From: Alphaproteobacteria bacterium
GTDB lineage: Bacteria > Pseudomonadota > Alphaproteobacteria > UBA7887
Assembly (NCBI GenBank): GCA_965216755.1
Contig: CBDCGL010000011.1
Coordinates: 384,001-448,000 of the forward strand
Reading direction: 5' to 3'
Length of the DNA: 64,000 nucleotides
Both the position numbers and the translations under genes were made by a program. The notes under the pieces are model-generated. The model saw only the letters and a program-made list of their open reading frames with translations. It did no database searches and had not been told where the DNA came from. This document shows positions 19,113 through 30,352 of this stretch, piece after piece; the stretch's first letter is position 1; the number at the start of each line of letters is the position of its first letter.

Positions 19113-19946
19113 GGGCTTGTTGAGAATTAGGATTCCCATGGTGTTGTATTTGTGATTCAAGCTTCCTTTTGGGGGCTTTGATGACGCGTACAGTACTTTC
19201 AGACGATCAATGGGCCAAGATGGAGCCGCATTGCTTAGGCAAGCGGACTGATCCGGGCCGCAGTGGTGATAACAACCGGTTGTTTGTCGAAGGGGTTTTG
19301 TGGAAGGCGCGGACGGGCAGTCCTTGGCGCGATCTTCCTGAAGAATTCGGCAAGTGGAACACGGTATTCAAGCGGTTTGACGATTGGTCGAAGGCGGGCG
19401 TTTTCGAACGCCTCTTTGCCGCGGTCTCGGATGACCCTGATATGGAATATGCCATGATCGACGCCACCATTGTTCCGGTCCACCGCCACGGACACGGCGC
19501 AAAAGGGGGACTCAAAATCAAGCCATCGGCAAGTCGAAGGGAGGCTGGACCACCAAAATCCTTGCGCTGACGGATGGCTTGGGAAATCTCGTACGCTTTG
19601 TCCTGCTGGCGGGAAACCGTTACGATACGGTCGGTGTTGCGCCGCTAATCGAAGACATCGAATTCGACGCAGTGCTGGCCGATAAAGCATTCGATTCCAA
19701 CTGGATCATCGAAGAGATGAATGAACGCGGGGCGCAGATCGTCATTTCGCAACGCCCCCAGAGGTTGGCCCCTCTCAAGATTGATCTGGAGATCTACAAG
19801 TGGCGCCACCTGATCGAAAACTTCTTTGCGAAGCTCAAGGAATTCAAAGCGGTCGCCATGCGTTGCGAAAAGACAGATCGTAACTTTTGTTCCATGATTC
19901 ACGCATGCGCCGCGGTCATCAATTCTCGATGAATCTCAACAAGCCC
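19113..19946 (+). mobile_element. IS5-family (IS427-like) element with frameshifted transposase, apparently intact
   Basis: 13-bp terminal IRs GGGCTTGTTGAGA/TCTCAACAAGCCC in CTAG context. ORFs 19169..19570 and 19579..19932 are joinable by a -1 shift at AAAAGGGGG (19501-19509). IDAT, ADKAFD and RHLIENFF motifs. Confidence 0.92.
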
Positions 19947-20025
19947 TAGTACGAGATTGCTCTGCTTCCCAGGACCATTTCGATCTTGCTTCACATGCAG
20001 GGAGCCGGCAAGGAAGCCGATGCGG

Positions 20026-22194
20026 TTACGGTTTTTGCCGAGACGCTACCCCAGAGACAAATTTGAGAAGTCGCGCGGAGTCGACAGGTTTGGCCATATA
20101 GTCATCCATGCCGAGTGAAAGGTAACGCTCCCGATCGCCGACCATAGCATCTGCCGTCAGCGCAATTATTGGCATCTTCGAGTTCATCCCAGGTATTTGT
20201 CGAATTTCACGTGTTGCCGCAATTCCATCCATAACTGGCATGTGAATGTCCATCAAAACAAGATCGTAAGGCTTCTCGCGCGCCGCTTGTACAGCCGCAA
20301 CGCCATTGCAGACAATGTCCACGGCGTGGCCGCGCGATTCCAGGGTAAGCAATGCGACTTCTCGATTGATCGCGTTGTCATCGGCCACCAATACTCGCAA
20401 CTTGTCCTCAGAGAGTTGAGGCGAGGTTTGAATCGGATCGAGCGCCGGCGGTTCGACATTGGCGGTCGGTGCCCGTTCTCGGTTAACCAAAATGTTAAAC
20501 TGAAACGTGGTTCCTGCGCCTTCGGTGCTTTCGAACTCAATATTGCCGCCCATGAGCTGCACTAATTCTTTGGAAATAGCTAGCCCTAGTCCGGTGCCCC
20601 CAAATCGACGCGTCGTCGAGGCATCGACTTGGGAAAATTTTGAAAATATCTTGTCGGAATCCTTCGGTGCAATGCCAATGCCAGTATCTGTAACTCGGAA
20701 AATGAGATCAATGACGCCGCCGCTTCTTGCATCGGCATCGACAACAAGTGAAACACTTCCAGATTCCGTGAATTTTATGGCATTGCCAACGATGTTCAAA
20801 AGTACTTGTCGAAGGCGTGTTTGGTCGCCAACAACGCACCTTGGCACTGCAGCCGATATGTCCACAAAGAATCCCAGGTTCTTTTGTATGGCCCGCGGTT
20901 CTGTAACAGCCTGGACACTACGAACAATCGTGATAACGGAATAGAGCTCCTCTTCGAGCTCGATCTTTCCTGCCTCGATCTTCGAGATATCAAGAATATC
21001 GTTCAATATATCGAGCAATCCGTCGCTGCATTGCTTTATGCGCTCGGCATAGTGCCGCTGCTTTCCGTTCAGAGACGAACCAAGAAGAAACCCCGTCATG
21101 CCCAGAATTCCGTTCATTGGCGTCCGAATTTCATGGCTCATGGTTGCAAGGAAGTTGGACTTTATTTCGTTCGCTCGTTCAGCCTGCTCCTTAGCCTCTC
21201 GCAAATCCTTTTCGCGGCGGCGCAATTCATTTGCCAATTCCCTGTGCGTTACGTCGGTGAACGTAAATACGTAGCCGCCATCTGTAGTCGGGTTGCCATT
21301 GACTTCATGAGTTTCTTCACCTCTCAATTTCCAGAGCTTCGTGATGTCGGATTTGTTATGGATGGCTAGGCGCAGCGCCTGAAACAGATTGGGCGTATCG
21401 GTGCTGGTTGCCTCTGGCCGACGTCTGACACTCTCGATTAGGGCATCCCAGTCGGCGCCAGGATGGCAGCGCGACTCGGATAAACCGAGGAGACGAACAA
21501 ATTTCTGATTGAAGACAACAAGACGGTTCGATTCATCGATCATGGCAACCGCTTGAGCCATGTTTTCTAGAACGGCGGTAAGCTGGCGACCTTTTTCGAC
21601 AACTTCGCGTTCATGACGTTTTAGCTCGCTAATCTCTGTATAGACGCAAACTGTTCCACCGTCTTCAGTCTTGCGTTCTACGGCGAGAACCCACCGATCG
21701 CTAGAAATCCGGATTTCGTGTGGCTCGTCGCAACGCTTGTGGAGATCCAGGCGTCTCCGGATCCATTCCTCCGTATCACGAGCCAATTCGGCGGCATGTA
21801 CACCACGTCCTGCGACAAGCTTGCGTAGAAGTTCCTCGTAAGTCGGGCCGGGTATTGGTAGCTCGACCCCCCCAAGCTGAAATCCGCGCCTGAAACCCTT
21901 ATTGCAGATGACAAGGCGATCCTCGGCATCAAAGAGGGCGACGGACTCTTCGAGATTCTCCAACGCATTGGAAAGCAGCGATCGCTGTCGAATTCGCGCT
22001 TCAGCTTCAGCAACGACTTTCTGATTGAGGGCCGACATTTCCTCTGACAAAAGACCGAATGATCGCTCTGTCAATTGCCTTTGTTTGTCAGCCTCCTCAT
22101 AGGCGGCACTGACCAGTTCTAAGAGTCTTTCGTGGTCGACATTCCCGTCTGCCCCAACGGACCTCTTCAATTGCCGCTCTAATAGCCGATGCAT
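20026..22194 (-). CDS. PAS-containing hybrid sensor histidine kinase
   Basis: Two PAS-like regions, SHEIRTP H-box, GNAIKFT, DTGIG, GGTGLGL, and a C-terminal receiver (MDIHMP). Confidence 0.93.
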   Translation of the reverse strand: MHRLLERQLKRSVGADGNVDHERLLELVSAAYEEADKQRQLTERSFGLLSEEMSALNQKVVAEAEARIRQRSLLSNALENLEESVALFDAEDRLVICNKGFRRGFQLGGVELPIPGPTYEELLRKLVAGRGVHAAELARDTEEWIRRRLDLHKRCDEPHEIRISSDRWVLAVERKTEDGGTVCVYTEISELKRHEREVVEKGRQLTAVLENMAQAVAMIDESNRLVVFNQKFVRLLGLSESRCHPGADWDALIESVRRRPEATSTDTPNLFQALRLAIHNKSDITKLWKLRGEETHEVNGNPTTDGGYVFTFTDVTHRELANELRRREKDLREAKEQAERANEIKSNFLATMSHEIRTPMNGILGMTGFLLGSSLNGKQRHYAERIKQCSDGLLDILNDILDISKIEAGKIELEEELYSVITIVRSVQAVTEPRAIQKNLGFFVDISAAVPRCVVGDQTRLRQVLLNIVGNAIKFTESGSVSLVVDADARSGGVIDLIFRVTDTGIGIAPKDSDKIFSKFSQVDASTTRRFGGTGLGLAISKELVQLMGGNIEFESTEGAGTTFQFNILVNRERAPTANVEPPALDPIQTSPQLSEDKLRVLVADDNAINREVALLTLESRGHAVDIVCNGVAAVQAAREKPYDLVLMDIHMPVMDGIAATREIRQIPGMNSKMPIIALTADAMVGDRERYLSLGMDDYMAKPVDSARLLKFVSGVASRQKP

Positions 22195-22249
22195 CCCACT
22201 ACACCGTGGATCTAGAATAGTGACAGACCTGATCGCGCTGTGAAATCGC

Positions 22250-23389
22250 CTAGGATTCCGAGAGGACGGTCACTGTCATAGTCTGATTGTGAAGTTCACA
22301 CATGCCGGACCGCGCGTGGGGCGAAATCTCACCGTATGAATAGAAGCCGGCTTGGACGGTATTCTCGCCTAAGACATCCGCAACCGCTTCAATTTCCTCG
22401 CTGGCTCTTTGTCCAAGAAGCAGCTTCCGTCCGATGCAGCTGACAAGAAACGCTACACGTTCCTTGCCTACATTGCAGCTCTGGTTCGCTTGTTGGGCGG
22501 CTGATGCCGCGCCTTCGACCAAGTGATCGAAATTACCATGCATCAACTGAGCAACATCTCCTTCCGGGATGTTGCCTGCAAATATCATGCTTTGCTCATC
22601 TTCGTTGACACCGACAATAGTACGAACGATATCGTGGTCCGATTGATCCTTCGGTCTGACTTTCAATGGAAAATGGAGCGCGCTACTCGGCAAATGTTCC
22701 GCTTCCGGGCCAAGGTAGCGCTTGTACAAAGATAAGGCTGGCTCGCCATCAAGCTCGTACAACACGTTACCACAGGCGCGCGTAATGCGGCGCTCCGGGC
22801 CAAACACGTTCCATCCGCCCATACTTCCGTGGCCCACTATCAAAGAGTCACCATAGAATCCGACGGCCGCCACCTGCCCCTGTCGCGGGATATCGTTAAG
22901 TGCCACAAAGGTCGCGCCAAAACGGTCTGCGTCCCCAGCGAGGCCGCCTGTGACGGAAACGTTTTCACCAACTTTGTCCGTGATCCCTTTGACCAGCATG
23001 CTGCCATTAACGTGAATACCGTCTGACAAGATAAAAATCGCGGTTAAGGTAGGGTCGCTTAACTCGCGGGCTATAACGTTACCTGCGTCGTATGACTGAT
23101 CACTATTTTCGATTTGGTATGAGGCCGTTCTGACTCTTGTTTTGCTAAACTCGATGGCAGTAGAAATGACAGAACTATCAACAGCTTCATCGGAAACGAT
23201 CTCGCCGCCGGTCGAGCACCCAACAATTTCGGCCCCCGGATACATGTCTCGAATTTCGGCAAAAACCCCCGCCGAATTGCCAAGGTCCGGAGAGGCAAAA
23301 TACATGACAATTTGTGGAGATATATTATCCGAATTGTGACAAGTGGTCCAACCAGTCTCGGGTGTCCACTTTTTTTGTTGAATCAACAT
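22250..23389 (-). CDS. FIST N/C-domain sensory protein (NosP-like)
   Basis: VGCSTGGEI, SDGIHVNG, GGLAGD, SCIGR, GFYSYGEI and LHNQT motifs. Confidence 0.92.
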   Translation of the reverse strand: MLIQQKKWTPETGWTTCHNSDNISPQIVMYFASPDLGNSAGVFAEIRDMYPGAEIVGCSTGGEIVSDEAVDSSVISTAIEFSKTRVRTASYQIENSDQSYDAGNVIARELSDPTLTAIFILSDGIHVNGSMLVKGITDKVGENVSVTGGLAGDADRFGATFVALNDIPRQGQVAAVGFYGDSLIVGHGSMGGWNVFGPERRITRACGNVLYELDGEPALSLYKRYLGPEAEHLPSSALHFPLKVRPKDQSDHDIVRTIVGVNEDEQSMIFAGNIPEGDVAQLMHGNFDHLVEGAASAAQQANQSCNVGKERVAFLVSCIGRKLLLGQRASEEIEAVADVLGENTVQAGFYSYGEISPHARSGMCELHNQTMTVTVLSES

Positions 23390-23847
23390 CCATCGGCTCC
23401 GTCAGCGATAAGGCAGGGTCCAGACGCGGAGGGTCGGGTGCAACAAACATGGGCTGCAGCGTCAACCGCAACCGGATTATCTTTCGGTTTTCTTAAAAGA
23501 CTCTTGCGTGGGTCGTGGTGCGTCGTATCCGGCCGGCCGTCGCGCGGTTGAGCAGACGTCTGGAGCCCTCGTGCAAAACAACCGGTGTGCGAAAGCCAAA
23601 AAAGCGGCGCGGGATAGTTCAACCCGCGCCCCCATTGCGACGTGCTGCTCATTCGGACATTGATCTTCCGGATTCACTTTTGGTTCACCCGTTACCGTTC
23701 GGATCGTGTGGGAGCTTGCCTAGGTCGCCGCCGGGGTTTTCAGGCCGTGTCGTGAGGCCTCTCAAAAGGTGCCACAAAGTAAGGGTGTTTTCACATTTAC
23801 CCGGTTTCATCGAGAGCGAATGGCGACCCGTTAACCGAGTCAATTTG

Positions 23848-25953
23848 ATGGAAATCTGCCCACCCGGCCAGGATGTCCAACCAACAGCTGTTGTCGCCGA
23901 TGATGACGCCACGCAGCGGTTGCTCTTGAGAGCATCCCTAGAGAAAGCCGGTTTCCTCGTTGAGGAAGCGCGCAACGGTGCAGGTGCGATTACCCTGGTG
24001 CAAAAACATGTACCCGACTTGGTCGTGTTAGACGTAATGATGCCCAGTGTCGACGGCTTTACGGCATGTCGGGAGTTGCGCCAACTCACAATCACACAAC
24101 ACACACCGATTGTAATGGTCACCGCGGCCGACGATATTGAATCGATCGAACAAGCCTATGACGCCGGTGCGACGGACTTCATCGCAAAACCAATAAACTG
24201 GACAATATTTGTCCAGCGAATGCGATACATGGCCCGTGCGAGCCAGGCACTCGCCGAGTTGAGGACAAGCCGTGAACATTTGGCTGACGCCCAAGAGATC
24301 GCAAATCTCGGAAGTTGGGAATTTGAGCCGAGCGGTTCACGGTTCGATTGTTCCGCAGAGTTGTATCGCATTTTAGGCCACCGAAAGACAGATCGGCCGT
24401 TTACGATTTCGAATTTCCTGGAATATGTCCACATTGAAGACCGAAGTCACTTAAGGGCTGCGTTGGAGGACGGGGTCCGGGCAAAACGTGGCTTCAGCTT
24501 TGAGTTTCGAGTTGTGCGACGGGACAAGACGGAACGAACCTTATCGTCACACGCCAAAATCGTCGATCGTGGCGGTTCGGTCGCGTTGCGCGGAACTTGT
24601 TTAGATGTTACGGAGTTGCGCGAAGCTGAAGCGCGTATGTTTCATTTGGCGCATCATGACGCACTCACGGATCTACCCAATCGGGTTTTGTTCCACGACA
24701 GGCTTGGCCAATCCATTGCCAGGGCCGACCGAGACAATGTTTCTGTCGCTGTCCTATGCATCGACTTAGATCATTTCAAAGACGTCAATGACACATTGGG
24801 CCATGCCGCGGGCGACAAATTGCTCCAAGCCACGAGCCGCCGCCTGCAAGAAGAAATCCGCGCTTCAGATACTCTGGCGCGATTGGGCGGCGACGAATTT
24901 GCGATTGTTGAAGTCGGTTCACCGGATCAAGATGGCGTAAATTCTCTTGCGACACGGATCGTCGAACGCCTGACACGGCCATTCAATATCGATGGTCACG
25001 AAGTTTTGGTTGGCGCAAGCGTGGGCATTGCGATGTGCCCGAAACATGGGCATGAGGCTGAACAACTCCTGAAGAACGCAGATATTGCCCTGTACAAGGC
25101 CAAGGCTAGCGGGCGACAAACCTACTGTCATTTCCACGAAGGGATGGATGATCACCTGCGTGCGCGGAAGGCCATGGAGCAAGATCTCCGGCAAGCGCTA
25201 CTTAAGAATTGGTTCTTGCTCTACTATCAACCCCAATTGGATGTCAAAACTGGAAAGGTGATTGGCGCGGAAGCGCTTCTAAGACTAGAACATCCCGAAA
25301 AAGGACTCTTGAATCCCGGTGAGTTTATTCCGTTGGCCGAAGATATCGGATTGATTAACCCGATCGGCGAGTGGGTTCTCAGAGCGGCGGCGTCCCGTGG
25401 GGCCAAATGGCACAAGCAAGGCTTGCGACTGCGAATCGCGGTGAACATATCGCCGAGCCAATTTCAACAGACAGATCTCCCACAGATAGTCGGGGAAATT
25501 CTTCGGGAAACCGATTTCGATCCTCGGTACTTGGAACTGGAGATTACGGAAAGCGTCTTGATGAGTGACACGGCGGCGTCACTGAAGACATTGCACGCGC
25601 TCCGCGAACTTGGCGTACACGTTGCAATGGACGATTTCGGGACCGGCTACTCGTCGCTGAGCTACCTAAGGTTGTTTCCTTTCGATCGCATTAAAATCGA
25701 CCGTTCGTTTATATCCGGACTCACTGAGAGTCCCGATTCCGCGGCGATCGTTAGAGCCATCGTCCTGCTGGGCCGAAGCCTGAAAATGCTTACGACCGCG
25801 GAAGGTGTCGAGACCGCGACACAGCTCGCGATGCTGGCCGATGAATCTTGCGATGAAGTGCAAGGTTTTCATTTGAGCGTGCCGTTGCCGGCGGAACAGT
25901 TGGAACAATGGATGCTGCCCTGCACACCGGAATTGGATTCCCAGGCAAGTTAA
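23848..25953 (+). CDS. REC-PAS-GGDEF-EAL c-di-GMP response regulator
   Basis: Receiver (LDVMMP), PAS, RASD I-site with GGDEF, EALLR and DDFGTGYSSL motifs. ATG 23848 chosen within ORF 23515..25953. Confidence 0.93.
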   Translation: MEICPPGQDVQPTAVVADDDATQRLLLRASLEKAGFLVEEARNGAGAITLVQKHVPDLVVLDVMMPSVDGFTACRELRQLTITQHTPIVMVTAADDIESIEQAYDAGATDFIAKPINWTIFVQRMRYMARASQALAELRTSREHLADAQEIANLGSWEFEPSGSRFDCSAELYRILGHRKTDRPFTISNFLEYVHIEDRSHLRAALEDGVRAKRGFSFEFRVVRRDKTERTLSSHAKIVDRGGSVALRGTCLDVTELREAEARMFHLAHHDALTDLPNRVLFHDRLGQSIARADRDNVSVAVLCIDLDHFKDVNDTLGHAAGDKLLQATSRRLQEEIRASDTLARLGGDEFAIVEVGSPDQDGVNSLATRIVERLTRPFNIDGHEVLVGASVGIAMCPKHGHEAEQLLKNADIALYKAKASGRQTYCHFHEGMDDHLRARKAMEQDLRQALLKNWFLLYYQPQLDVKTGKVIGAEALLRLEHPEKGLLNPGEFIPLAEDIGLINPIGEWVLRAAASRGAKWHKQGLRLRIAVNISPSQFQQTDLPQIVGEILRETDFDPRYLELEITESVLMSDTAASLKTLHALRELGVHVAMDDFGTGYSSLSYLRLFPFDRIKIDRSFISGLTESPDSAAIVRAIVLLGRSLKMLTTAEGVETATQLAMLADESCDEVQGFHLSVPLPAEQLEQWMLPCTPELDSQAS

Positions 25954-26101
25954 GCTTGCCTCGGCGAACTGTGTTGAATGTAGCCAATACAAGCACCTTC
26001 GTGGCAGCACGCGCACATTGGGCTTTTCGTTACTTGGCTCAAACAGGTCCGACGTGCGCAAATAGTATGGAACTTGAAGCAATCAGAGCGGTACTCACTC
26101 T

Positions 26102-28324
26102 ATGACGGTTGACGTGAGAATATTGGAACGCCTGTACCGTGTCGCGGCTGCGGTGGATTCACCACTGCGTGACAAAATGAACAGTTTGCTACAGCAACTA
26201 GAGTGCCAAGTCCGCGCAATGGCCGATCAATCGGCGGCGCGCGAAGCCGCTCAAGCCGATGCAATTGTGAACGCCGCCGTGATGATGGCTGAACTTGAAA
26301 CCGCGCACGCCGCGCTCGACAAAGCACGCCAAGAAGCAGAGGCGGCCAACGCGGCGAAATCACAGTTCTTGGCGAATATGAGCCACGAGATACGGACCCC
26401 GATTAATGGCGTAACGGGCATGACCGAGGTGTTGCTGAAAACTGCGCTTGACGACAAACAGAAGCGCTGTGCCGACATCATACACCGCTCCGCCAATACG
26501 CTCTTGCGAGTCATAAACGATATTCTCGACTTCTCAAAGATTGAAGCGGGCATGCTTGAAATCCAAGAGGAGCAATTTGAACTGCGAGCTCTCGTGGACG
26601 ACGTCGTTGAGCTATTTGCAGAAAACGCAGCACACAAGGGACTAGAGCTTATTTCAAACGTTTCAGTGGGAAAATCACCACCATACGTTGGGGATGCCGC
26701 CCGGGTTTCGCAAGTCCTGATCAATCTCATCGGCAACGCAATAAAGTTTACCCAGACAGGCGAAGTAGTTGTCTCTGCTTCGTTGGCGGACAACAAGTCT
26801 GCTGGCAAGGCCGTGCTGAGATTTGAGGTCCGAGATACGGGGATAGGTATCTCGAATTCTGCGAAGGATCGTATCTTCGAATCGTTCGTCCAAGCCGACA
26901 CATCTACGGAACGGCAATTTGGTGGTACCGGTCTCGGCTTGGCAATTTCCGCCCAGCTGGTGAAATTGATGGGTGGCAAGATCGGTGTTGACAGTGTCGC
27001 AGGTGAGGGCAGCATTTTTTGGTTCACTATCGTGGTGGGTGTGGCCGAAGATGAACATGAAGAAGACTTTAGCGATGCATACAATGAGCTTGCCGATATG
27101 CGCGTACTTGTCGTTGATGACAATGCGACGAATCGGGAAGTGCTTGCACACCAACTGTTAGATTGGGGAACAATATTCACCATTGCCGCCAGACCAACTG
27201 AGGCCCTTCAAGTTTTCGAACACGGAGATGCGGCAGACAACCCTTTCGACCTGATGATCCTTGATATGCAAATGCCAGAGATGAACGGGCTAGAGCTTGC
27301 GCAAGAGATTGCGCGGATTAAAGAAGGGCGTGCGCCAGGCGCGATTATCTTGAGTTCAATCTTCGACCATATCGATCCGAATCAGGCAGAACGTGCGGGT
27401 GTGTCATTCGTCCTGCCAAAACCTGTGCGTCAGGAGGTCTTATACCGGCACCTTGTGAAGATAGTAACCAAACAGCGAAGACGTCCGAATACGGTCGAGG
27501 TTCCGGCTTCGCGCGTTGATCCGGCGATTTGTTGGGGACGCGTTTTGGTTGTCGAGGACAATATCGTCAATCAGGAAGTTGCCCGGGAGTTTCTGGAACA
27601 TATGGGGCTTTCGGTCGAAGTGGCCGGTGACGGCCAATCGGCGCTCACCGCTTACCGAAATGGAAATTTCGATCTGATTCTTATGGATTGTCACATGCCG
27701 GTGATGGATGGACTCGAGTCAACGGCAGCAATCCGTGCGACAGAAACCGAATCGGGCACGCGAATCCCAATCATTGCGCTAACGGCGAACGCCATGCCGG
27801 GACATGAGGCAAAATGCATCACAGCAGGAATGGATGGATTCCTACCGAAACCGTTTTCCGAGCAACAATTGCAATCCGCGATACAAGAATGGCTGCCACA
27901 GGCGGTGCAAACGGGAGATGCGCTACCGAAACCCAAGGCGTCCATCGACTTAGACAAAGTACAGCTGCCCGATATTGATCCGTCAGTCTTGGATGCGTAC
28001 CGATTCTTGGATGATGGTGGACAAAATAGCATGAGGGCGCGAATCATAGACACGTTTATCGATCACGCAGACGCAGTCCTGGTTGAGCTTGAGGCAGCGG
28101 TGGCGGAGCGCGACGCGGCCAAAATCCAATTTGCCAGCCACTCATTACGATCGGCCAGCGGGAATGTGGGTGCGTTGAAGTTGTCAGCGTTGTGTGCCGA
28201 ATTGGAGTCCGATGTGGCTGCCAATAGAATTGATCAGGCGGTGGAGCAGTTTAGCCAACTGAGGCAGTCACTCATCGACGTTCGCGTCGTCTTGACTAAG
28301 GAGCAACAAGCGCCGGCCGCTTGA
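26102..28324 (+). CDS. Hybrid histidine kinase with two receiver domains and Hpt
   Basis: SHEIRTP, HATPase, two REC domains (LDMQMP, MDCHMP) and an HSLRSAS Hpt motif. Confidence 0.93.
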   Translation: MTVDVRILERLYRVAAAVDSPLRDKMNSLLQQLECQVRAMADQSAAREAAQADAIVNAAVMMAELETAHAALDKARQEAEAANAAKSQFLANMSHEIRTPINGVTGMTEVLLKTALDDKQKRCADIIHRSANTLLRVINDILDFSKIEAGMLEIQEEQFELRALVDDVVELFAENAAHKGLELISNVSVGKSPPYVGDAARVSQVLINLIGNAIKFTQTGEVVVSASLADNKSAGKAVLRFEVRDTGIGISNSAKDRIFESFVQADTSTERQFGGTGLGLAISAQLVKLMGGKIGVDSVAGEGSIFWFTIVVGVAEDEHEEDFSDAYNELADMRVLVVDDNATNREVLAHQLLDWGTIFTIAARPTEALQVFEHGDAADNPFDLMILDMQMPEMNGLELAQEIARIKEGRAPGAIILSSIFDHIDPNQAERAGVSFVLPKPVRQEVLYRHLVKIVTKQRRRPNTVEVPASRVDPAICWGRVLVVEDNIVNQEVAREFLEHMGLSVEVAGDGQSALTAYRNGNFDLILMDCHMPVMDGLESTAAIRATETESGTRIPIIALTANAMPGHEAKCITAGMDGFLPKPFSEQQLQSAIQEWLPQAVQTGDALPKPKASIDLDKVQLPDIDPSVLDAYRFLDDGGQNSMRARIIDTFIDHADAVLVELEAAVAERDAAKIQFASHSLRSASGNVGALKLSALCAELESDVAANRIDQAVEQFSQLRQSLIDVRVVLTKEQQAPAA

Positions 28325-28341
28325 CCGAGCGGACTTCCTAG

Positions 28342-28401
28342 CAGGCTGGTGAAAAACTACGCATCTTAAGCACGGTATCATGATTCTCTGGTAGAATAGC
28401 A
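28342..28401 (+). mobile_element. Possible short IS left-end remnant
   Basis: CTAG followed by CAGGCTGGTGAAAAAC and a downstream TGATTC, resembling an IS5-type end; cut by IS256 at 28402. Confidence 0.35.
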
Positions 28402-28650
28402 GAGCAATGAGCGAAAGTTTGCGACGACGGTGTAGAAGGAGGTGGCGTATCGTGGCGGTGAAGAGCCAGCCACATCTCCCGAAAGGAAGTGATGCGCCAT
28501 CAGCAAAGATGCTGTTGTTCGGTTAAACCAACCAGATGAAATTGAAGATCCGTTGACGGAAGTCTTGCGATCCGGCGCGCGGACGCTTTTGGCACAAGCG
28601 GTCGAGGCGGAGGTTGCGACGTTTCTGGCTGCGTTCGAAGACCTGACCAC
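28402..28650 (+). mobile_element. IS256 left-end fragment (second copy)
   Basis: Closely matches the reverse complement of ~18623-18871, including the IR and codons for DPLTEVLR.GARTLLAQAVEAEV. Confidence 0.9.
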
Positions 28651-28746
28651 TCTGTTTTTCGGCCTCACGCTATCAGAATGGCGGCCGCGGCCGTGTGGAT
28701 GACACGACGACGGCCTGACCAAACACAACCTATCAAGGAGGTCGTG

Positions 28747-29161
28747 ATGGCTAATGGCCGGTCTATACCCGAATCCAAATCGATCACCGAGCTCGCGTCC
28801 GAATTGACCCGTATGTGGGATATCATGGCGGAAGCGGATGAGCAGTCGATTGCCGCGGATCGTGCCTAATAGTGATGCCAACAAGCGGATTGCCGGCCTC
28901 GAACGGAAGATTCTCGACACGCCAGTAACAAGTTTGTCGGTCGCACAAACCGTGGTGCCTGTGTGCATTTTCGAGCCAAGCTGCGTTTCCGTTTTGGCGC
29001 TCAGCGACGAAGCTAGAGAGACGTTGTACAAACGGTTGGTACGCGCCCTGAGGGTCATTCTTCAGTTGCTTGAGCGCGAAACGAGCATGTCAATGGATGC
29101 AATGGTCGGCGCACGCTATCAACCGGATGATCAGGAAGCACAGGTGGCTGGCGACGCCTGA
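28747..29161 (+). pseudogene. Frameshifted hypothetical gene
   Basis: AGGAGG SD then ATG 28747. The frame stops at 28869 but continues in ORF 28838..29161 if one A is removed (GCC TAA TAG T to GCC TAT AGT). Confidence 0.5.
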
Positions 29162-29338
29162 CCACGGCCGCGCTTCGCTGCGAGGTCCCGTCGTTTGGCG
29201 GGACCTTTTGATTCAGCGCATCGAAAAGTTGCAGATTGTTCCCCTGGCTGCGCCCCTGGCGATGGTCTTGTGTGTGCTGCAAATGCGTTAAATATCTGGT
29301 ATTCAAAACGAAATCACTCTGAAAAAGGAGAATCTTCC

Positions 29339-29653
29339 ATGTCGAGCGTACATGTCTTGGCGATAATCACCGCGAAACCTGGCCAGCGGGCCCACCTTCT
29401 TGAATTGTTTAATGCCAATGTGCCGGCCGTGCACGCTGAAGACGGCTGTATCGAATATGGCGCGACCATCGATGCAGAAGGCGTTGGCGGTTTCCAAACC
29501 AAATTCGGTGACGACACATTTGTTGTGGTGGAGACATGGGCGAGCCTCGACGCATTGAAAGCGCACGCGGCATCTCCGCATATGGCAGCGTATGCGGCCA
29601 AGGCCAAAGATCACATAGCCGAACGTGTGGTTCATGTGCTCTCGCCAGCCTAG
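29339..29653 (+). CDS. Putative quinol monooxygenase (ABM domain)
   Basis: VHVLAIITAKPG, VHAEDGCIEY and ETWASLDALKAHAASPHM motifs; AAGGAG SD. Confidence 0.9.
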   Translation: MSSVHVLAIITAKPGQRAHLLELFNANVPAVHAEDGCIEYGATIDAEGVGGFQTKFGDDTFVVVETWASLDALKAHAASPHMAAYAAKAKDHIAERVVHVLSPA

Positions 29654-29731
29654 AGTCTCCACGATTTGCGATTCGGGCCGTGGACCAGTAGTGTCCTGGC
29701 CGCCCGACATAACATTCAGGAGGAATGGTGA

Positions 29732-30352
29732 ATGAGGCGTGGCAACGTGGCAATTCTCGCGACCGCAATGCTGGCAGCATCGGCAGGACTCGTTCAAGCT
29801 GCCGGCTTGACGGAATGTTTGGAAGCGGACACCGAGAGCGCAAAGATCGATGCGTGCACGGCCGCGATCGACTCTGGCGCGCTTGATGGTGCCGAGCTGT
29901 CGCAGGCCTATACACAGCGCGGCCAGGTCCAATATGACCGTAACCGCTATCGTTACTCGATCCCGGATTTCGATGCGGCCATTGAACTCGATTCCGGGAA
30001 TGCCGTCGCCTTTCTGCTACGCGCCAAGAGCCAAATGTTTTCGGGTCGTTATGATCTCGCGATTCCGGACTATGACAGTGCCATCGAACTCGATCCGGAA
30101 AATGTCGAAGCGCATTTTGCCCGCGCCGGCGCCTATCATGGCGCAAACCTCTTGGATAACGCGCTCGCCGATTACAACCGTGCCATCGAGTTGGCTCCGG
30201 ACAATGCCGAAGCCTATTTCATGCGCAGCGCCGTCCATATCGACCTGCGGGATTTTGACAAATCCGAGGCCGATCTGAGGCAGGCGATCGCGCTCGATCC
30301 TGACCGGCGGATGTATCGTCAACGCTTGCACGATCTCGGATTCGACTCGTAG
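29732..30352 (+). CDS. Exported TPR-repeat protein
   Basis: Signal peptide, IDACTAAI, and four TPRs ending AIELD/AIELA/AIALD. Confidence 0.88.
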   Translation: MRRGNVAILATAMLAASAGLVQAAGLTECLEADTESAKIDACTAAIDSGALDGAELSQAYTQRGQVQYDRNRYRYSIPDFDAAIELDSGNAVAFLLRAKSQMFSGRYDLAIPDYDSAIELDPENVEAHFARAGAYHGANLLDNALADYNRAIELAPDNAEAYFMRSAVHIDLRDFDKSEADLRQAIALDPDRRMYRQRLHDLGFDS

